Of a DNA stretch of 64,000 nt, positions 62,124 to 64,000 are shown piece after piece (the stretch's first letter is position 1; each line of letters starts with the position of its first letter). Position numbers and translations under genes: made by a program. This DNA comes from Thermoanaerobaculia bacterium (GTDB lineage Bacteria; Acidobacteriota; Thermoanaerobaculia; UBA5066). Under the pieces are notes generated by a model, which saw nothing but the letters and a program-made list of their open reading frames with translations, searched no databases and was not told the origin of the DNA. The stretch is from the NCBI GenBank assembly GCA_963816185.1, contig CAWFJJ010000029.1:320001-384000 (forward strand), in the 5' to 3' direction.

Positions 62124-63485
62124 ATGTCCTTGAACGCATGCGACGCGGCGACCGCCGAAGCGCTCATCGGAATCGACACGCTCTGGGGCGGCGACGTCAT
62201 GAACCCGTCCGGAACAGGCCGCTTCATCGCGGACTGCTGGTTCTCGGACGAGCAGCTTCCCCTCGCATACACACATCCTTCGGCAGAGGCTCTGCGGGCG
62301 AGCGGCGGAGTCTCGGCGAAGGTGCCGGACGTCTCCGCCATCGAGACGTACCTTTCCGCCGTCGACGTGGGCGGCGCGATCGCGCGCGTCCTCGCGGAAT
62401 CGCGGCACCTCGGCGGCCTCCGCGGCGACTACCTCGAAGGGCTCGGTCTCTGCTGCGAGGTCATGTGGGATCTCGCGATGGAGATCCTCGGCAAGGGACC
62501 AGAAGTCCCTTACGAGACGTGCGTGATGACGATCACCGGGTCGCTGCCGGAGCCTTCCCGCCCCGAGGAGAAGCGCCGGCGCGTGGCCGATCTCCTGACA
62601 TCGGCCGGCCACCGCTCGAGCGGCGGAGATTCCCTGCTCAAGGCCGTCGACGCCTGGCGGGGGGAGCGGCTCGTCCCCGGCAAGTCGATCCCGGCTCTCG
62701 GCGACGCCTTCATCGCGCGGTACGACGCTCTCGCCGTGCGAAACCTCCTGCCGTACCTGCCGCGCGAGTTCGCGCACGTTCCCCGGGCGAACGTCCGGTT
62801 CCTTGCGATCGAGAACGCCTGGTTCTCCGGCTCGATGAACTACCTCGGCCACGCGCGCCGGAAGGACGGCTCGCCGGCGTACGAGGCGACGTACGAGCTG
62901 AACGCCGCGCTCCAGATCTCGGTCCCCGAGTTCCAGCAGCTCGTCAGCCACGAGGTCGTGCCCGGCCACGTGACGACGTTCGCGTATCTGCAGAACCTCT
63001 TCACCCGCGGCCTGGCCGCGTTCGAGGCGTCGGTTCTCACGATGAACACCCGCGCGGCCGTTCTCTTCGAGGGCATCGCGAACAACGCGATCCTGATCGC
63101 CCACGGCGTCACCGAGATCGATCAGCTCCTGGACCAGGACCTTCAGATCGGCGTCCTCCTCGCGCTCCTGCAGGACGACGCGAAGAACCACTCCTCGTAC
63201 CTCACCTGGAAAGAGAAGCTCCCGCAGAAGGACGTCGCCGCGGCGCTTCGGAAGGACTTCCTCGTCTCACCCGAGCGCGCGGACAAGCTCTCCGGCGCGT
63301 GGGGCCGCCACCCGCTTCTCGGGCGCATGTACCTTCCCGCGTACCGGGCCGGGACGGAGCTCGTCGCGCGCCTGAGGCGCAGCCATCCGCCCGAGAAGAT
63401 CCTCCCCGCGCTTTACGGTGCCAAGGGCCTCGTGGACGCGTTCACGCTTCCGCGCGCGCTCGAGGAAGCTCCCGTCTCTCGTTGA
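62124..63485 (+). CDS. Cytoplasmic DUF885-like putative zinc metallopeptidase
   Basis: SHEVVPGH with downstream FEGIA; no signal peptide. Confidence 0.6.
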   Translation: MSLNACDAATAEALIGIDTLWGGDVMNPSGTGRFIADCWFSDEQLPLAYTHPSAEALRASGGVSAKVPDVSAIETYLSAVDVGGAIARVLAESRHLGGLRGDYLEGLGLCCEVMWDLAMEILGKGPEVPYETCVMTITGSLPEPSRPEEKRRRVADLLTSAGHRSSGGDSLLKAVDAWRGERLVPGKSIPALGDAFIARYDALAVRNLLPYLPREFAHVPRANVRFLAIENAWFSGSMNYLGHARRKDGSPAYEATYELNAALQISVPEFQQLVSHEVVPGHVTTFAYLQNLFTRGLAAFEASVLTMNTRAAVLFEGIANNAILIAHGVTEIDQLLDQDLQIGVLLALLQDDAKNHSSYLTWKEKLPQKDVAAALRKDFLVSPERADKLSGAWGRHPLLGRMYLPAYRAGTELVARLRRSHPPEKILPALYGAKGLVDAFTLPRALEEAPVSR

Positions 63486-63496
63486 AGGGGTCAGAC

Positions 63497-64000
63497 ATGA
63501 GTCAGCAGAAGAACCTCGCGATTCTCGTGGGGGGCGGGCCGGCCCCCGGGATCAACAGCGTCATCAGCTCGGCGACGATCCGTGCCGTTCTCGAAGGCCT
63601 GGAGGTGACCGGCATCCGCGACGGGTTCGAATGGCTCATGCAGGGAAACATCGAGCACGTCACTCACCTCACGATCGACGATGTCAGCCGCATTCATTTC
63701 CGCGGCGGCTCTTTCATCGGCATCTCGCGGGCGAATCCCACCCTCGATCCCCAGCACCTGGAGAACACGGTGATCTCGCTCCTGCGCCTGAACGTCTCGC
63801 GCCTGATCACGATCGGCGGCGACGACACGGCGTATTCCGCCATGAAGCTGGTGGAGAAGGCCGAAGGGCGCATCCAGGTCGTCCACGTTCCCAAGACGAT
63901 CGACAACGACCTCGACCTCCCCGCGCACATCGACACCTTCGGATACCAGACCGCCCGCCACTACGGGGTCGAGATCATCAAGAACCTGATGGTGGATGCG
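63497..64000 (+). CDS. pfp: Pyrophosphate-dependent phosphofructokinase (runs off window)
   Basis: GGGPAPGIN, SRAN, GGDDT and PKTIDND (Asp/Lys pair typical of PPi-PFK). Confidence 0.9.
   Translation, partial: MSQQKNLAILVGGGPAPGINSVISSATIRAVLEGLEVTGIRDGFEWLMQGNIEHVTHLTIDDVSRIHFRGGSFIGISRANPTLDPQHLENTVISLLRLNVSRLITIGGDDTAYSAMKLVEKAEGRIQVVHVPKTIDNDLDLPAHIDTFGYQTARHYGVEIIKNLMVDA

Overview
GC-rich bacterial window, probably Acidobacteriota/Thermoanaerobaculia-like (inferred from the IPTL-CTERM protein, STK-TolB-TPR kinase and gene style). 1-2.1 kb: end of a Peptidase_S74 (autocleaving chaperone) fibre gene, an IPTL-CTERM exported protein and a small Zn-ribbon ORF. 2.1-24.4 kb: a signalling island with a NarL-type and an NtrC-type (sigma54) two-component system, an orphan Hcp-like gene, two DUF4388 proteins, two coiled-coil/GAF proteins and a che cluster (cheD, P2-less cheA, soluble Cache protein, three 34H-like MCPs of which one has a heme-c motif, cheW, cheR, cheB). 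Most of the island lies between two paralogous receiver genes that share an upstream palindrome. Two intergenic regions share a UAS-IHF-sigma54 promoter module, implying a locally encoded sigma54 regulon. About 13 single-base frameshifts cluster in 8.6-19.4 kb, most likely sequencing error. 24.4-64 kb is mostly housekeeping: aminotransferase, lon, mreBCD-mrdA-rodA-rng, ppiD, ruvAB, nadCB, S46 peptidase, SPFH/Zn-ribbon pair, rhlE, cNMP-HK plus REC-TrxB-like, Ser/Thr kinase, OPT transporter, DUF885-like zincin and PPi-PFK. No rRNA, tRNA, CRISPR array or transposase was recognised. All family assignments are by motif recognition, not database search.
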